A DNA stretch of 64,000 nucleotides. Source: a virus. The stretch spans positions 38,798 through 102,797 of IMG/VR virus record IMGVR_UViG_3300049434_000028, one strand, 5' to 3'. The notes beneath the pieces were generated by a model, which saw only the letters and a program-made list of their open reading frames with translations, did not search any database and was not told the origin of the DNA. The position numbers and the translations under genes were made by a program. The first letter of the stretch is position 1; every line of letters begins with the position of its first letter. This document shows, piece by piece, positions 63,102-64,000 of the stretch.

Positions 63102-64000
63102 CAGGCTCCGGCCCGACGTCGGATAGGCGCGCCCTTACCGAGCGGCAGACTGAACTGGGTGGCATTGAGATTGGTGTTGGTCCGCTTGCTCTCCTTGGCG
63201 GATGCCGCCAGTGCCTGGCTGTGCTCAGGATCCTTCCCCGCCTCAATGCGCCCCTGCGTCCACGCAACCTCCTGGACGGCCACGGCGGGGATCTTGTACC
63301 CAAGGTCGTGCTGGCCGGACACTCTCTTCGCCGCGCGAATGGTCGCCTCGTTGTTGTAGGCGTGCTGCAGGGCGACCACACCGACGCGCGAATCCGGGTG
63401 GATCCGATTGCCACGCCCGCCCGTGGTCTCCACCGAGGCCAGCGGACCTACCGTCTTGGCGACGTTGGCACGATCGACGGTGGTCAGCGGCTGGCCGGTG
63501 GTGAAGGCCTGCTGCCAGGTGTCCTCGGTGGTGGGGCCCTTGGACGCGAGCAGCCCACTCTCGCTGTGCCGCATTCCGACCAGGTCAAGGACGCCCTGAC
63601 CCTCATGCTGTAGGCCCCTGGCCACGTCGGCGTGGTGGCCGACGCGGGTCATGTACTCGGTGTGCTCGGCGCTGCCAGGAACGGCGCGCAGGATGTTGCC
63701 GCGGTAGGAGTGCACCTTTGGGCTGTCGTACGGACTGATGGCGGTAGCAGTGGGCTGCGTGCCGCGAAGCACGTTGATCGCCTTGGAGATGTTCTCCTTG
63801 GGCCCGCCCTTGGTGATCCCCAGGAAGTCGATCCCGCTGTGCACAACGTGCGGCGAGATGTTGGTGGTCGAAAGGTGCGCCAGATGCTCGGGAGCCAAGT
63901 CGGCGACCTTGACCTTCTTATCGTTACCGACCTGATGGGCAGGCACCGCAATACCGGACGCCTTGGATACCGCCCTCGCGACAGCCGGGCTCATCGTGAC
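63101..64000 (-). CDS. 5'-truncated protein with KVxSYxxNI..D.W..QxxAW domain (DUF7178/HhH-like)
   Basis: PKVHSYRGNI, TEDTW, AVQEVAW; frame open to the window edge; C-terminal NLNATQFSLPL. Confidence 0.55.
   Translation of the reverse strand, partial: VTMSPAVARAVSKASGIAVPAHQVGNDKKVKVADLAPEHLAHLSTTNISPHVVHSGIDFLGITKGGPKENISKAINVLRGTQPTATAISPYDSPKVHSYRGNILRAVPGSAEHTEYMTRVGHHADVARGLQHEGQGVLDLVGMRHSESGLLASKGPTTEDTWQQAFTTGQPLTTVDRANVAKTVGPLASVETTGGRGNRIHPDSRVGVVALQHAYNNEATIRAAKRVSGQHDLGYKIPAVAVQEVAWTQGRIEAGKDPEHSQALAASAKESKRTNTNLNATQFSLPLGKGAPIRRRAGA

Overview
The window is 64 kb from a large, high-GC, contractile-tailed (myovirus-type) bacteriophage, most likely of an actinobacterial host (high GC, many leaderless TAnnnT-N6/7-ATG starts). 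Almost all genes are on the minus strand. In transcription order (right to left): (1) 64-58 kb, a truncated virion-type protein, an HNH endonuclease, a Pol-beta-type nucleotidyltransferase, a degenerate HAD and a ParB/Srx-like protein. (2) 58-53 kb, an early/host-takeover-like block behind three copies of a palindrome-containing promoter. (3) 53-33 kb, an accessory region with a g-type lysozyme, a TGT/DpdA-like protein, SNase, DUF3310, KTSC, many small Cys/His proteins and a ~0.9 kb TGCA-rich non-coding segment. (4) Lysis genes and the large terminase. (5) A ~5 kb insert of putative cargo genes. (6) Portal, scaffold, N4-gp56-type major capsid, head appendage/neck genes, fibres/tailspike, sheath, tube, tail chaperone and the 5' part of the tape measure. 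I saw no integrase, tRNA, rRNA or CRISPR array. The best candidate for an undescribed system is a set of otherwise unrelated proteins in the virion operons sharing a short L-x(2,3)-Q-[FW] tag, usually at the N-terminus. It includes a GNAT, three tandem HExxH metallopeptidases that also carry QxxLF clamp-binding-like motifs, and a near tag-only peptide, which suggests a capsid-cargo addressing system. Other notable signals are an expanded H-C-C-H mini zinc-finger module, a CWCGGACCA leader motif and a +1 tail-chaperone frameshift. All family calls come from motif recognition by eye; no database search was run.
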